A stretch of 64,000 bases of DNA from an uncultured Thermoleophilia bacterium (GCA_963715985.1 CAVQSP010000011.1:288001-352000), one strand, 5' to 3'; shown: positions 10,640 to 20,986, counted from the first letter of the stretch. Made by a program: numbers and translations. The notes: a model not told the origin generated them from the letters alone.

Positions 10640-11644
10640 ATGCCCCGCACCGTGACCATCAAGGACGTCGCCAAGCTGGCCGGGGTCTCGCCGACCACCG
10701 TGAGCCACGCGCTCGGCGGGCAGCGTCCCGTATCGGCGGCCACGTGTACCCGCGTGCGCGAGGCGGCCGAACGCCTCGGCTACCGGCCGCATCCCGGGGC
10801 GCGCAGCCTCAAGGCCGCCGGCACCGGCGTCCTCGCCCTCTGTGTCACCAATGTGACCGGCGGCGAGCTGCCGTTCGGCGAGATGGAGTACTACATCCGC
10901 GTCATCAACGCCGCCACGCAGGCGGCGGTGGACGAGCGCTTCGCCCTCGTCGTGGTGCCCGAGGGCGACGCCGGCCTGTACTGGGACAGGCTTCTGCTGG
11001 ACGGTGCCATCGTCGTCGACCCCGTGGCCGGAGACCCGTCGGTGAGGGCGATGCGAGAGCGCGGCCTGCCGTGCGTCACCGTGGGGCGCCCGCCCGACGC
11101 GCCCGACGAGAGCTGCTGGGTGGACAACGACCCGGTCGCCGCCACGAGGATGTGCCTCGACCACCTCGAGGCGCGAGGCGCGCAGGCCGTGGCGGCGGTC
11201 ACCTGGATGACCACCGACCACTGGACGCAGACGAGCGCGCAGGCCTACTACGCCTGGTGCGAGGAGCGCGGCCGTGGGCCGCGGCTGGAGGTCGTCACCC
11301 GCGACGACGACGCGGCGTTGCGTGCGGCCGCGGAGCGGCTCCTCACATCCGGCCCGAGGCCCGACGCCGTGTACGGCCTGTCGGAGCTGCCCGCGCTGTG
11401 GGTGCTGCGCGTGGCCGCAGAGCGCGGCCTGCGTGTTCCGGCCGACCTCATGGTCGCCGGCACGGCCGACTACGGTCTGGGCGCGACGAGCGCGCCGCCT
11501 CTCACGTCACTCGACTACCAGGCCGCGGAGCTCGGCCGTGAGGCGGCGCACCTGCTGATCGAGCTGGTGCGCGGCGGCGCGCCGCAGGAGCCCCGCCGCA
11601 TCGTCCCCGCCACGCTCATCGCGCGCGAGTCCACGGCGCGATAG
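10640..11644 (+). CDS. LacI-family transcriptional regulator
   Basis: TIKDVAKLAGVSPTTVSHAL HTH, GYRP..ARSL hinge, VPADL, PPLTS. Confidence 0.93.
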   Translation: MPRTVTIKDVAKLAGVSPTTVSHALGGQRPVSAATCTRVREAAERLGYRPHPGARSLKAAGTGVLALCVTNVTGGELPFGEMEYYIRVINAATQAAVDERFALVVVPEGDAGLYWDRLLLDGAIVVDPVAGDPSVRAMRERGLPCVTVGRPPDAPDESCWVDNDPVAATRMCLDHLEARGAQAVAAVTWMTTDHWTQTSAQAYYAWCEERGRGPRLEVVTRDDDAALRAAAERLLTSGPRPDAVYGLSELPALWVLRVAAERGLRVPADLMVAGTADYGLGATSAPPLTSLDYQAAELGREAAHLLIELVRGGAPQEPRRIVPATLIARESTAR

Positions 11645-11696
11645 AGCCGCGCGCGCCGGGCCTGCGCCTCCGGCCGTCACGAGCCCTCCGCGCCGT

Positions 11697-13346
11697 TCAC
11701 TCCAGCCCGCGGTACTCCTCTGCCGCGAACACCGGCGCCCCGCGGAAGAGGGTGAGCCGCACCTCGGCCTCGTGGATGTGCTCCGGCGGCAGCGCCAGGA
11801 TGTCATCGCTGAGGACGAGCAGATCGGCCGACTTGCCCGGCTCCAGTGAGCCGGTCTCATGCTCGAGGAAGTTGGCCCGGGCGCCGTTGATGGTGAACGC
11901 GGCGACGAGCTGCTCGACGCTCACGGCCTCCTCCCGCCACAGCTCGGAGCTCGTCTCCGGCAGTTGCGGGTCGCGGCGCAGGGCGCCACGCTGGATCGCC
12001 AGCAGCGGGTCCGGCGGCGGCGAGACCGGGTAGTCGCTCGCTCCCGCGACCAGGACGCCGTGCTCGAAGAAGGCGCGCATGGGGTACTGGTGCGCGGCGC
12101 GCTCGTCACCCAGAAACGGGCGGTAGATCTCGCCGTCGTACTGTGCATCCCTGGCGAACCAGTACGGCTGCGTGGCGGCCGTGACCCCCAAGGCGGCGAG
12201 GCGCGCGTAGTCCGCAGGGTCCACCAGCTGCAGGTGGGTGACGACGTCGCGAGCGTCGTCCCTGCGGCCTCCGGGCCGCGCCGCGGCGATGGCGTCCAGA
12301 CCGAGAGAGAGGGCGGCGTCGCCGATGGTGTGGTAGTGCAGCTGGAAGCCGGCGTGCGCGGCGGCCACCGACGCCTCCACCAGCAGCTCCGGCTCCCACA
12401 CCGGGGCGCTGCTGAAGCCGGGCCGGTCGCGGTACGGCTGCTTGAGGAAGCCGGTGTGGGACTCGATGACGCCGTCCACGAACAGCTTGACGGCGGCGGT
12501 GCGGACCAGCGGGCCCGCGTCGCGGGCCCGCTCCTCCACCGCCGCCGCCACCAGCTCGGCCGCCGGCCGCCCCGGATCCATCTCCACGGAGACCCGGTAC
12601 CGGGCCGTGAGCTCGCCGCGCGCCTCGAGCGCCCGGTACACGCCGAACATCGCTTCGCCGGGCTGCAGCGAGGCCTCGTGCATCAGCGTGAGGCCGTAGC
12701 GCGCCGCGATCTCGCGCTGGAAGTGGTGGAACGCGAGGGTCGTGGCGGCGGCGTCATACTGCGGCAGCGCCGCCTCCACCCACGGCCACGCCTCGCGCAG
12801 CAGGCCCGACGGCGAGCCGTCGGGCAGCCGCTCGACGACGGCGCCGTCCCACGGCGGGTCGTCGCGGCCGATTCCCAGCCGCCGGAGCGTCAAGCTGTTG
12901 ACCCACTGCGAGTGCTGGCTGTCGTCGAACAGGGAGACGGGCCGGTCCGCGACCACTGAGTCCAGCGCCGCCGCCGTCATCTGATCCTCCGGCAGTTGCG
13001 TCGGGTACCAACCATAGCCGCGGATCACCGGCAGTTCCGGGTGCGCCGCGGCAAAGCGCGTCACCTCCTCCAGAGCGTGAACCAGCGACACGCACGCCGA
13101 GAGGTCGACCTCGAAGAGGTCGCAGGTGCAGTACCGGGGATGCAGGTGCGCGTCCGTGAACCCCGGGAGCACCAGACGGCCGCCGAGATCCAAGGTACGA
13201 GTGCGGGAGCCCCGCAGCAGGCCCACATCGGCGGCGGCCCCCACCGCCAGCACGCGCCCGTCCCCCACCGCGATGGCCTCGCAGCTGGAGCGGGCCGCGT
13301 CGACCGTGTACACGCGTCCGTTGGTGAGGATGAGATCGGCGCCCAT
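11697..13346 (-). CDS. Amidohydrolase family 3 (YtcJ-like)
   Basis: LPGFTDAHLH, KLFVDG, HTIGDAA, ASDYPV, GSLEPGKSADL; start at ATG 13346. Confidence 0.9.
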   Translation of the reverse strand: MGADLILTNGRVYTVDAARSSCEAIAVGDGRVLAVGAAADVGLLRGSRTRTLDLGGRLVLPGFTDAHLHPRYCTCDLFEVDLSACVSLVHALEEVTRFAAAHPELPVIRGYGWYPTQLPEDQMTAAALDSVVADRPVSLFDDSQHSQWVNSLTLRRLGIGRDDPPWDGAVVERLPDGSPSGLLREAWPWVEAALPQYDAAATTLAFHHFQREIAARYGLTLMHEASLQPGEAMFGVYRALEARGELTARYRVSVEMDPGRPAAELVAAAVEERARDAGPLVRTAAVKLFVDGVIESHTGFLKQPYRDRPGFSSAPVWEPELLVEASVAAAHAGFQLHYHTIGDAALSLGLDAIAAARPGGRRDDARDVVTHLQLVDPADYARLAALGVTAATQPYWFARDAQYDGEIYRPFLGDERAAHQYPMRAFFEHGVLVAGASDYPVSPPPDPLLAIQRGALRRDPQLPETSSELWREEAVSVEQLVAAFTINGARANFLEHETGSLEPGKSADLLVLSDDILALPPEHIHEAEVRLTLFRGAPVFAAEEYRGLE

Positions 13347-13363
13347 GCTGCCCCTTCCATGGC

Positions 13364-13377
13364 ACAAATCGTTTTGT
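13364..13377. promoter_or_regulatory. LacI-family operator 2 (ACAAATCGTTTTGT)
   Basis: Same 12-bp core as operator 1, about 20 bp upstream of the amidohydrolase start. Confidence 0.7.
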
Positions 13378-13635
13378 ACGCGGGACACTATCACGGACCG
13401 TGAGGGTCGGACGGCTCGCCGGGAGCGAGGCCCACGCACACCGGCGTCGCTCCGCGTCCAACGCGCAGGCCTGAGGAAGGACGTTGTGGATAGTATGTAC
13501 GCGCGACTTTGGCCCTTCTGGACAAGACCAGCCCACCCGAGAAGCAGACCGGCCTCACATGACCGCCTCCCGCGTGCGTCACTGGCCAACAGAATGCGCC
13601 CTGTCGTGACGAAATGGCGTGCTCGCGCGCCTACG

Positions 13636-13667
13636 TGTGGACGCGTGCACAAGCGGGCCGCTATACT
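13636..13667 (+). promoter_or_regulatory. hdr-metVF operon promoter with Rex-like operator
   Basis: TGTGGACGCGTGCACA (13636-13651) matches the Streptomyces Rex operator TGTGAACGCGTTCACA at 14/16 and overlaps -35 TGGACG; -10 TATACT at 13662-13667. Confidence 0.7.
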
Positions 13668-13744
13668 TGCGAGACCCAAGTCAGGGTTCTGACTGTGGTT
13701 GCCAACTTTTCTGTCGGACCTGCCGCGTGTGCAAAGGAGTGCGT

Positions 13745-16700
13745 ATGTCGGGTTCACCACCCAAGTCCACCGGAGCTGCGCTCGTCGTGGGCGGCGGCAT
13801 CGCGGGCATGCAGTGCTCGCTTGACCTCGCCGAAGGGGGGTACAAGGTCTACCTCGTTGAGAGAGCGCCCGCTCTGGGTGGGCACATGGCGCAACTCGAC
13901 AAGACCTTCCCCACGAACGACTGCTCCATGTGCACCATGGCGCCTAAGCTGGTCGAGGCGGGCCGGCATCTCAACATCGAGATGGTGACCAACTCCGAGC
14001 TCATCGGCCTCGAGGGCGAGCCGGGCAACTTCAACGCCAGGGTCTACCACCACGCGCGTTTCGTCGACCCTGACAAGTGCACGAGCTGCGGCGAGTGCTC
14101 ACCCAAGTGCCCGGTGACTGTCCCCAACCAGTACAACGAGGACCTCGACGAGCGCAGGGCGATCTACAAGCTGTACCCGCAGGCCATCCCCAACACCTAC
14201 GCGGTGACCAAGAACGGCCACAGCCCGTGCAAGCGCGCCTGCGCCGTGCACACCAGCGCCCAGGGCTACGTAGCGCTCATCGCCGACGGCCGTTTCGCCG
14301 AGGCGTACACGGTGGCCAGTGAGCCCAACCCCTTCCCCGCCGTCTGCGGCCGCGTCTGCACGCACAAGTGCGAGACCGACTGTACGCGCGGGCAGATAGA
14401 GGCGCCCATCGCCATCGCCGGCCTCAAGCGCTTCATCAGCGACCACGCCTTCGACAACGTGCCGCTGCCCGACAAGGCCGAGGTCACGTTCAAGGAGAAG
14501 GTAGCCGTGGTGGGCGCGGGCCCCAGCGGCCTCACCGCCGCCCGTGACCTAGCGCTGCTCGGCTATGAAGTCACCGTGCTCGAGAGCAAGCCCGAGCCCG
14601 GCGGCATGCTGCGCTTCGGCATCCCCGAATACCGCCTGCCCAAAGCCGCCCTGCAGCAGGACATCGACCGCATCACCGCGCTCGGGGTCGACCTGCAGTG
14701 CAACAAGGCCGCCGGCAAGGACTTCACCATCGACGGCCTCATGAAGAAGGACGGCGGCGGTTACAAGGCCGTCTACCTCGCCGTGGGTCTGCAGGGCGGC
14801 CGCACGCTGCCCATCCCCGGCGCGGACGCCAAAGGCGTGCTCGACGCGGTCAGCCTTCTCAAGGCGGCCACGCTCGGCGAGAAGGTCGACATGGGCAAGA
14901 ACGTCGTCGTCATCGGCGGCGGAGACGTGGCCTTCGACGCCGGCCGCACAGCTCTGCGCCTGGGCGCCGAGAAGGTCACCATCAACTGCATCGAGGACGA
15001 CCAGAGCGTGCCGGCCTCGGACGACGAGCTCACCGAGGGTCTGGACGAGAGCATCGCCTTCAACTGCTCATGCATGCCTTCGCAGATCCTCACCGACGCC
15101 GACGGCCGCGCCAACAAGGTCGAGTTCCTCGCCTGCTCGCTGGGCGCGCCGGACGAGCGCGGCTGGCGCCCGCCGGTGGCCATCACCGGCTCTGAGCACG
15201 AGCTCGCGTGCGACACCGTCATCTTCGCCATCGGCCAGAGCATGGTCGACGACTTCCTCGAGGGGACCAAGGGCATCACCGTCGAGAAGGGCCAGATACT
15301 CACGGACAAGGCCACGCTCGGCACCGGCAAGAAGGGCGTGTTCGCCGGCGGCGACGCCGCGGCGAGCGCCCCGTGGACGGCCATCGAGGCCGTCGCCGCG
15401 GGCCGCCGCGCGGCGCGCAGCATCCACAACTTCCTGCGCGGCGAGGACCTCCTGCCCATCGAGGACGACATGATGGACGAGGCCAAGCCCGAGGACGCCA
15501 TCATGGAGCAGACCGCGGTCATGGCGCGCATGCCCATGCCGCACCTTCCCGGCGCGGCCCGCAAGATCACCTGGGACGAGGTCAATACCGGCTTCTCGCA
15601 GGAGCAGGCCGTGGCCGAGGCCAAGCGCTGCCTGAACTGCGCCGTCTGCTCCGAGTGCATGGAGTGCGTGCGCGCCTGCGGTCCGGGCGCCCTGCTACAC
15701 GGCGAGCGCGACAAGGAACTGGAGTTCGAGGTCGGCGCCGTCGTCATGGCGACCGGCTTCGACCTCTACGACCCCGGCAAGAACAGCGAGTACGGGTACA
15801 GGCGCTACCCCAACATCCTTTCGTCGCTCGAGTACGAGCGCACGCTGAGCGCCAGCGGCCCCACCGTGGGCGAGGTCAAGCGCCCGTCCGACGGCACGCA
15901 CCCCAAGAAGATCGCCTTCATCCAGTGCGTCGGCTCGCGCGACCAGGAGCACGAGTACTGCTCGAGCGTCTGCTGCATGTACGCCAACAAGCAGGCCATG
16001 CTCACCATCGACCACGAGCCCGACTGCGAGCCCACCGTCTTCCTCATGGACATGCGCGCCCAGGGCAAGGGCTTCGACGCCTTCTACCAGCGCGCCCTGG
16101 ACAAGGGCGTCAAGTTCGTGCGCTCGCGCCCGTCGTACATCAAGGAGGACCCGCTCAGCGACGACCTCCTCATCAGCTGGGAGGACGAAGCCGGCAAGCT
16201 CCACGAGACGCGCTACGATATGGTGGTGCTCTCTGCCGGCCTCGAGCCTGCGCGCAAGGCGCAGGAGGCGGCCGGCCACTTGGGCGTGGCTCTCAACCGC
16301 CACGGCTTCTGCCAGCTGCACGAGTTCAACCCCATGCAGACCAGCCGCGAGGGCGTCTTCGTGGTGGGCCCGTTCGGCGAGCCCAAGGACATCCCCGACA
16401 GCGTGGCGCAGGCCTCGGCCGCCGCGGCCCAGGTCATGACGGGCCTCGCCGACTCGCGAGGTACGCTCACCGTGGACAAGGAGTACCCGGCCGAGCGCAA
16501 CGTCGTGGGCGAGGAGCCGCGGGTGGGCGTCTTCGTCTGCCACTGCGGCAGCAACATCGCCGGCGTGATCGGCGTGGAGAGCGTGGCCGAGTACGCCATG
16601 CAGCTGCCCGGCGTGGAGTACGCCACCGACACCATGTACACGTGCTCCAGCGACAGCCTGGGGCTCATCCGCGAGAAGATCGCGGAGCACAACCTCAACC

Positions 16701-18190
16701 GGGTCGTGGTCGCGAGCTGCACGCCGCGCACGCACGAGCCCATCTTCCAGGACACCCTCCGCGAGGCCGGGCTCAACCCGTTCCTCTTTGAGATGGCCAA
16801 CATCCGCGACCAGGCGAGCTGGGTGCACGCCAAGGAGCCGGAGAAGGCCACGCAGAAGGCCAAGGAACTGGTACAGATGAGCGTGGCCCGCGCCCGGCTC
16901 CTCGAGCCGCTCTTCAAGGTCGACGTGCCGCTCACACACTCCGCCGTGGTCATCGGCGGCGGCGTGGCCGGCATGACCAGCGCCCTCGCCCTCGGCGACA
17001 TGGGCCACGAAGTGCACCTCGTGGAGCGCACCGGCAAGCTCGGCGGCTACGTCCTCGAGCTCGGCAAGACCATCAAGGGCAACGACCCCGCCGAGCTCGT
17101 CAAGGAGCTCGAGCAGCGCCTCGTGGACAACCCCAACGTCAAGATCCACCTCGACGCCGAGCTCGCCGACTTCCACGGTTTCATCGGCAACTTCTCCAGC
17201 ACCATCGCGGAGAAGGACGGCAAGCGCACGGCCGTGGACCACGGCGTCGTCATCGTCGCCACGGGCGCCAAGGAGGAAAGGCCGGAACTGTACGGCCTGG
17301 GCTCCGGCCAGAAGGTCATCACCGGCATGGACCTCGAGCACATGCTCAAGGAGGACGACCCGGCCCTCGCCGACATCAAGTCGGTGGGCTTCATCCTCTG
17401 TGCCGGTTCACTGGACGAGAACAAGCCCTACTGCTCGCGCACCTGCTGCCAGCAGAGCATCAAGAACGCCATCGCGCTCAAGGAGAAGGACCCCAGGCGC
17501 CCCGTGTACGTCTGGTTCAAGGAGATCCGCACCTTCGGCCTCCTCGAGGAGTACTACACCAAGGCGCGCGAGCTGGGCGTCATCTTCACGCGCTACGACA
17601 ACGACACGCTCCCCGACGTGAGCGCCAACGGCAGCGTCAGGATCAAGGCGCGCGACCCGTACCTGGGCCGCGACGTCGACATGCCGCTGGACTGTCTCGT
17701 GCTGGCCACGCCCACGATCCCGTCCGAGGGCGGCTCCGAGCTCAGCAAGATGCTCAAGGTGCCGCTCACCGCCGACGGGTTCTACCTCGAGGCGCACGTC
17801 AAGCTGCGCCCGGTGGACTTCGCCTCCGAGGGCATCTTCCTCTGCGGCTCGGCCCACTACCCCAAGAGCATCGAAGAGACGATCAACCAGGCCTACGCCG
17901 CGGCCGGTCGTGCCGCCGCCATCCTCGCCAAGCCGGTCATCAAGGCGGGCGGCGTGGTGGCCGAGGTCGACCAGGAGAAGTGCGCGGCCTGCCTCACCTG
18001 CGTGCGCGTCTGCCCCTACGAGGTGCCGATCATCGACCCCGTCGAGAAGAAGGCCCTTATCGAGGCGGCCGCCTGCCAGGGCTGCGGCATCTGCGTGAGC
18101 GAGTGCCCGGTGAAGGCCATCACCCTGCACCACTACACCGACGCGCAGATCTTCGCCAAGGAAGAGGCGCTCTTCATGGAGGTGAGCTGA
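13745..18190 (+). CDS. hdrA: Large HdrA (HdrL-type): two HdrA FAD modules, inserted GltD/NfnB-like NAD(P)H domain, ferredoxin motifs
   Basis: GGGIAG..LDKTFPTNDC; insert PCKRAC..CGRVC..CETDC, GAGPSG, GGGDVA; IQCVGSRD..CSSVCC; second module VFVCHCGSNI, GGGVAG, CSRTCC; terminal 2x[4Fe-4S]; AAGGAG RBS. Confidence 0.92.
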   Translation: MSGSPPKSTGAALVVGGGIAGMQCSLDLAEGGYKVYLVERAPALGGHMAQLDKTFPTNDCSMCTMAPKLVEAGRHLNIEMVTNSELIGLEGEPGNFNARVYHHARFVDPDKCTSCGECSPKCPVTVPNQYNEDLDERRAIYKLYPQAIPNTYAVTKNGHSPCKRACAVHTSAQGYVALIADGRFAEAYTVASEPNPFPAVCGRVCTHKCETDCTRGQIEAPIAIAGLKRFISDHAFDNVPLPDKAEVTFKEKVAVVGAGPSGLTAARDLALLGYEVTVLESKPEPGGMLRFGIPEYRLPKAALQQDIDRITALGVDLQCNKAAGKDFTIDGLMKKDGGGYKAVYLAVGLQGGRTLPIPGADAKGVLDAVSLLKAATLGEKVDMGKNVVVIGGGDVAFDAGRTALRLGAEKVTINCIEDDQSVPASDDELTEGLDESIAFNCSCMPSQILTDADGRANKVEFLACSLGAPDERGWRPPVAITGSEHELACDTVIFAIGQSMVDDFLEGTKGITVEKGQILTDKATLGTGKKGVFAGGDAAASAPWTAIEAVAAGRRAARSIHNFLRGEDLLPIEDDMMDEAKPEDAIMEQTAVMARMPMPHLPGAARKITWDEVNTGFSQEQAVAEAKRCLNCAVCSECMECVRACGPGALLHGERDKELEFEVGAVVMATGFDLYDPGKNSEYGYRRYPNILSSLEYERTLSASGPTVGEVKRPSDGTHPKKIAFIQCVGSRDQEHEYCSSVCCMYANKQAMLTIDHEPDCEPTVFLMDMRAQGKGFDAFYQRALDKGVKFVRSRPSYIKEDPLSDDLLISWEDEAGKLHETRYDMVVLSAGLEPARKAQEAAGHLGVALNRHGFCQLHEFNPMQTSREGVFVVGPFGEPKDIPDSVAQASAAAAQVMTGLADSRGTLTVDKEYPAERNVVGEEPRVGVFVCHCGSNIAGVIGVESVAEYAMQLPGVEYATDTMYTCSSDSLGLIREKIAEHNLNRVVVASCTPRTHEPIFQDTLREAGLNPFLFEMANIRDQASWVHAKEPEKATQKAKELVQMSVARARLLEPLFKVDVPLTHSAVVIGGGVAGMTSALALGDMGHEVHLVERTGKLGGYVLELGKTIKGNDPAELVKELEQRLVDNPNVKIHLDAELADFHGFIGNFSSTIAEKDGKRTAVDHGVVIVATGAKEERPELYGLGSGQKVITGMDLEHMLKEDDPALADIKSVGFILCAGSLDENKPYCSRTCCQQSIKNAIALKEKDPRRPVYVWFKEIRTFGLLEEYYTKARELGVIFTRYDNDTLPDVSANGSVRIKARDPYLGRDVDMPLDCLVLATPTIPSEGGSELSKMLKVPLTADGFYLEAHVKLRPVDFASEGIFLCGSAHYPKSIEETINQAYAAAGRAAAILAKPVIKAGGVVAEVDQEKCAACLTCVRVCPYEVPIIDPVEKKALIEAAACQGCGICVSECPVKAITLHHYTDAQIFAKEEALFMEVS

Positions 18191-18191
18191 G

Positions 18192-18773
18192 ATGGCCGAG
18201 GCTGAAGCCACCGCCGTCGAGACGCCCGTGGACGAGGTCCCCAGGAAGCCCGTGGACCCGGACTTCGAGCCCGAGATCATCGTGTTCGCGTGCCACTACT
18301 GCGCATACGCCGCGGCCGACCTGGCCGGCAGCATGCGCCTGCAATACCCGTCGAACATCCGCATGATCAAGCTGCCCTGCACGGGCAAGCTCGAGGTCAT
18401 CCACCTGCTCAAGGCCGTCGAGGCCGGCGCGGACGGCGTGTACGCCGCCGGCTGCCTCGAGGGTGAGTGCCACTACCTCAAGGGCAACCTGTGGGCGCGC
18501 AAGCGCATCACCCACGTGAAAGACCTGCTCAGCGAGCTCGGCATCGAGCCGGAGCGCGTGGAGATGTACAACATGTCGTCGGCCGAGGGCGCCAAGTTCG
18601 CGGCCGCGGCCACCGAGTTCACCGAGCGCATCAAGCAGCTCGGCCCCAGCCCCATCCGCCGTCACGGCGTGGACGCGCACGCCGCCGCGCGCGAAGCGCT
18701 CGGCGGCGTGGCCATGCCTGATGAACCCCATCCGTCTGCCGCGGCAACCGTCGAGGAAGGACACGCAGAATGA
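18192..18773 (+). CDS. mvhD: MvhD/FlpD [2Fe-2S] subunit
   Basis: FACHYCAYAAADLAG, LPCTGK, GADGV..GC..GECHY..GN. Confidence 0.93.
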   Translation: MAEAEATAVETPVDEVPRKPVDPDFEPEIIVFACHYCAYAAADLAGSMRLQYPSNIRMIKLPCTGKLEVIHLLKAVEAGADGVYAAGCLEGECHYLKGNLWARKRITHVKDLLSELGIEPERVEMYNMSSAEGAKFAAAATEFTERIKQLGPSPIRRHGVDAHAAAREALGGVAMPDEPHPSAAATVEEGHAE

Positions 18774-19453
18774 TCACCGCCGAACGCAAACCCTTCGACG
18801 AGATCGTCGGACTCGTCGGCGACAAGAAGAAGGTCCTCGTCGCCGGCTGCGACACGTGCGTCGCGATCTGCCTCACGGGTGGCGAGAAGGAGGCCGAGAT
18901 CCTGGCCAGCGAGCTGCGCATCAAGGCTGAGCAGGACGGCCGCGACGTCGCCATCGAGCACACCGCCGCCATCCGCCAGTGCGAGTGGGAGTACCTCGAC
19001 ATGATCGCCGCCAAGGTGGACGAGGCCGACATCGTGCTCAGCATGGCCTGCGGCATCGGCATCCAGAGCATGGCCGAGAAGTTCGCGCCCAAGCTCATCG
19101 TGCCGGCCGTCAACACCAACATGCTGGGCATGCCGCAGGAGCACGCCGTATGGCTCGAGCGCTGCGGCGCCTGCGGCGACTGCGTCATCGGCGAGACCGC
19201 CGGCATCTGCCCGGTGGTGCGCTGCAGCAAGAGCCTCATGAACGGCCCGTGCGGCGGCTCGCACGACGGCAAGTGCGAGGTCACGACGCCGGAGAAAGAA
19301 GAGCTCGACTGCGCCTGGGCGCTCATCTGGGACCGCCTCAAGGCGCAGGGTCGCGAAGAGATGATGTACGTCAACCGGCCGCCGAAGAACTGGAGCAAGA
19401 GCAGCTCCGGCGGCCCACGGAAGATGGTGCGTGAGGAGGCGAAGCCGGTATGA
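18770..19453 (+). CDS. metV: Methylene-THF reductase Fe-S/Zn subunit MetV
   Basis: GCDTCVAIC.TGGEKE, RQCE, ACGIG, C.ACGDC....TAGICP..RCSKSLMNGPCGG, C.W. Confidence 0.9.
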   Translation: MITAERKPFDEIVGLVGDKKKVLVAGCDTCVAICLTGGEKEAEILASELRIKAEQDGRDVAIEHTAAIRQCEWEYLDMIAAKVDEADIVLSMACGIGIQSMAEKFAPKLIVPAVNTNMLGMPQEHAVWLERCGACGDCVIGETAGICPVVRCSKSLMNGPCGGSHDGKCEVTTPEKEELDCAWALIWDRLKAQGREEMMYVNRPPKNWSKSSSGGPRKMVREEAKPV

Positions 19454-20394
19454 CCGCCACCGAGTACAAGGCTGGCAGCAACCTCGAGAAGGTCCTGAGC
19501 GCGGGCAAGTTCGCGGTCACCGGCGAGTGCGGCCCGCCGAAGAGCGCCGACGTGAGCGTCATCGAGGAGAAGGCCAAGATCCTCAAGGGCTACGTGGACG
19601 CCGTCAACATCACCGACAACCAGACCGCCGTGGTGCGCGTGTGCTCCATGGCCTCCGGCTACACTGCCCAGCAGAACGGCCTCGAGGCCATCATGCAGAT
19701 GACCTGCCGCGACCGGAACCGCCTGGCGATGCAGGCCGACATCCTCGGCGCCTACACCCTGGGCATCAAGAACATCCTCTGCCTCACCGGCGACCACATG
19801 AGCTTCGGCAACCACACTGAGGCCAAGGGCGTCCACGACCTCGACTCGCTCAACCTCATCAAGATGTACAAGGACATGCGCGACGAGAAGAAGTTCCAGT
19901 GCGGCGAGGAGATGCCGGTGGCTCCCGAGCTCTACATCGGCTGCGCCGAGAACCCCTTCGCCGACCCCTTCGAGTTCCGCGCCCTGCGCCTGCAGAAGAA
20001 GATCCAGGCCGGCGCCGACTTCATCCAGACCCAGTGCATCTTCAACGTCCCCAAGTTCAAGAAGTGGATGGAAGAGGTCCGTGCTCTCGGTCTGCACAAG
20101 GAGATCAAGATCCTCGCCGGCATCACGCCGCTCAAGGGCGTCGGCGGCGCCCGCTACATGCAGAACTTCGTCCCCGGCATCGACGTGCCCCAGGAGATCG
20201 TCGACCGTATGGCCGCCTGCGAGAAGGGCGCCCCGTCGCAGGCCGAGGGCAAGAAGATCGCCGTCGAGATGATCAAGGAGTTCGCCGAGATCGAGGGCGT
20301 GGCCGGCGTGCACATCATGGCCATCGAGTGGGAGATCGCCGTGCCCGAGATCGTGGAGGCCGCCGGCCTCATGCCGCGGCCCGCGGTAGCGTAG
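19450..20394 (+). CDS. metF: Methylenetetrahydrofolate reductase
   Basis: GECGPPK, VNITDN, QMTCRDRNRLA, LCLTGDH, KKIQAGADFIQTQ. Confidence 0.95.
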   Translation: MTATEYKAGSNLEKVLSAGKFAVTGECGPPKSADVSVIEEKAKILKGYVDAVNITDNQTAVVRVCSMASGYTAQQNGLEAIMQMTCRDRNRLAMQADILGAYTLGIKNILCLTGDHMSFGNHTEAKGVHDLDSLNLIKMYKDMRDEKKFQCGEEMPVAPELYIGCAENPFADPFEFRALRLQKKIQAGADFIQTQCIFNVPKFKKWMEEVRALGLHKEIKILAGITPLKGVGGARYMQNFVPGIDVPQEIVDRMAACEKGAPSQAEGKKIAVEMIKEFAEIEGVAGVHIMAIEWEIAVPEIVEAAGLMPRPAVA

Positions 20395-20404
20395 GAGGTC
20401 TGGA

Positions 20405-20986
20405 ATGACCACCTGCACAGTGAGCCCGCTCCTGGCCGAGAACATCGGCACAGGCTGCGGAGAGAACGCCTTCAAGTGCTACCAGTGCAAGCGCTGCACC
20501 AGCGGCTGCCCGGTGGCGCGCTACTCCGACATGCACCCGGCGATGATCATGCGCGCCGTGCAGCTCGGCCAGCTGGACATGGTGTTCGACGACCGTTTCA
20601 TCTGGCTGTGCACCGGCTGCGAGACCTGCACCACGCGCTGCCCGCAGGGCATCGACATCGCCGCCGTCATGGACGAGCTGAAGATCATCGCCCGGCGTGA
20701 CGGCCGCATCCCGGACGGCACGCCGTCCGCGCAGATGCTCAAACTGAACTACGACTCGTTCGTGCGCTGGGGTCGCATGTGGGAGGTCGAGCTGATCACC
20801 CGCGACGTGCTCAAGCGGCCGAGCAGCGCCAAGAACTGGTTCACGCTCGGCCCCAAGATGATGCTCAAGGGCAAGATCAACCCCACGCTCAAGCGCGGCG
20901 ACACGCTGGCCATGAAGCGCATGGTCCAGACCGCCGACAGCATCACCAAGGCGAAGATGCGGCGGCAGAAGGAGGGTCTGTCATGA
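20405..20986 (+). CDS. hdrC: Heterodisulfide reductase subunit C-like
   Basis: CYQCKRCTSGCP and IWLCTGCETCTTRCP. Confidence 0.9.
   Translation: MTTCTVSPLLAENIGTGCGENAFKCYQCKRCTSGCPVARYSDMHPAMIMRAVQLGQLDMVFDDRFIWLCTGCETCTTRCPQGIDIAAVMDELKIIARRDGRIPDGTPSAQMLKLNYDSFVRWGRMWEVELITRDVLKRPSSAKNWFTLGPKMMLKGKINPTLKRGDTLAMKRMVQTADSITKAKMRRQKEGLS

Noticed and set aside
13745-18773. Selenocysteine in HdrA/HdrL or MvhD, as in some homologs
   Set aside because: Neither gene has an in-frame TGA; the motif positions are Cys.
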